From positions 108,812,001-108,876,000 of the forward strand of contig NC_086107.1 in the NCBI RefSeq assembly GCF_963921235.1: a stretch of 64,000 nt of DNA, written 5' to 3'. A program made the translations under genes and the position numbers. Under the pieces are notes generated by a model. The model did no database searches. It saw only the letters and a list, made by a program, of their open reading frames with translations, and was not told where the DNA came from. This DNA is from Mobula hypostoma. Lineage: Eukaryota. Below, piece after piece: positions 62,695 through 64,000 of the stretch; the first letter of the stretch is position 1; each line of letters opens with the position of its first letter.

Positions 62695-63759
62695 ATATGA
62701 GCAACTGGTGCAGATCAAAGGTCCTGGTTATGTGACCACTGACAGTCTCTGATAAAGGCTGGGGTCATCTGTCTCGTAAAGGCACTGCCTAGAAAGAGGC
62801 AAGGGCAAACCACTTCAGTAGAAAAATTTGCCAACAACAACCATGGTCACAGAAAGACCATGATTGGCCACGTCATACGACACAGCACATAATGAACGAA
62901 TGATCTTGGCATGGATGTGACGTAGCCTCTTCCTTAATAGGAGTGGGAAAAACTTGAAAGGGGCACACAATCTTCCCTGACTCAGCCCCACCTAAAACGA
63001 ACAGTCATCTAGCCAGATCTGGCATCTTCTTTGGCTGGCTTAGAAGTCTGCATTGCTCGGACTCCGAAATCTTTCAAAGAAAACAGCTCCTAGAACATGG
63101 ACAGAAATCTTAGTCGGTATGTTACTATGGCTACGATTAAAGGGCTTCCCATGGTGCCTTGATTGTTAGCATTTCTTTGAAAGAGGTTCTAAAGTAAGTG
63201 ATATAACAGCTCGCCTGTGGGGAGAGCAGTTTGCTGCCTTTTTACTGCTTTGGAACCACTTCCCAAAACTCCTCAACTTTTTTTTTAAACTTAACATGGG
63301 GTTTCAAGCAACTAGTCAAGTTCCACAGTGCTCTCAGTTTGCCTTGGAATTTTTTTTTATAGAGACACTGGATGGTAACAGGCCCTTCTGGCCCATTGAG
63401 CTCGTGCTGCCCAATTACATCATGTGATCAATTAATCTACCCCCCCCCATTGGTTCAACAGTTCCATTTAATATCAGAGAACGTACACAGCATACAACTT
63501 GAAATTCTTACTCTTCGCAGACATCCATGAAACAGAAGAACAATCCCAAAGAATGAACAACAGAAAATGTTAAAACCCCAAACCACTCCCCCGACTCCCA
63601 CTCACAAGCGGCAATGCCTGCATGTTTTTGGACTGTAGGAGGAAAGTAGAGCGCTCAAAGAAACCCACGCGGTCACGGGGAGAACGTACAAACTCCTTGC
63701 AGGCAGTGGCGGGAATTGCACCGGGGTTAGCATCATGCTAACCGCTAGGCTACTTTGCC

Positions 63760-63926
63760 TCACAAACAAGAGAAAATCTGCAGATGCTGGAAATCTGAGC
63801 AACACACACAAAATGCTGGAGGAACTCAGCAGGCCAGGCAACACCTATGGAAAAAAGTACAGTCAACATATCAGGCCGAGACCCTTCAGCAGGACCTGTA
63901 ACATTTCCTCCAGCATTTTGTGTGTG
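63760..63926 (-). mobile_element. PLE terminal repeat with a short inverted copy, preceded by a V-SINE (~63615-63750)
   Basis: Matches 686-832; 'ttcctccagcattttgtgtgtg' is inverted at 63905-63926. Confidence 0.85.
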
Positions 63927-64000
63927 AGGCTACTTCGCCATCCCAGTTTTATTCACCGACAGAAGAAACCTCACAGGTGGATTGAAACGGGACTTCCGGT

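Overview
Eukaryotic, repeat-dense non-coding DNA (a large intron or gene desert), not a prokaryotic locus. The mix of CR1/HER1-type LINEs, V-SINEs, DeuSINE-like relics, Rex1/Babar LINEs, Penelope-like elements (PLEs) and a ~65-bp satellite points to a cartilaginous fish, probably a ray (inference). I found no intact protein-coding gene: every recognisable ORF is a decayed transposon fragment or a microsatellite artefact, and only a few weak exon candidates remain. The most notable structure is at RNA level. (i) A 573-bp non-coding RTE-type mini-element (8625-9197) with an 11-bp target-site duplication (TSD) whose 5' end folds as a complete HDV-like ribozyme, with an extra hairpin in L3. (ii) Several other short RTE-type families with partial HDV-like or BovB-like 5' domains. 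(iii) Many PLE terminal repeats carrying minimal hammerhead ribozyme cores. DNA transposons include two Chapaev3 deletion derivatives, Tc1 derivatives and hAT MITEs. All family names come from motif recognition by eye, not database searches, and boundaries of old repeats are approximate.
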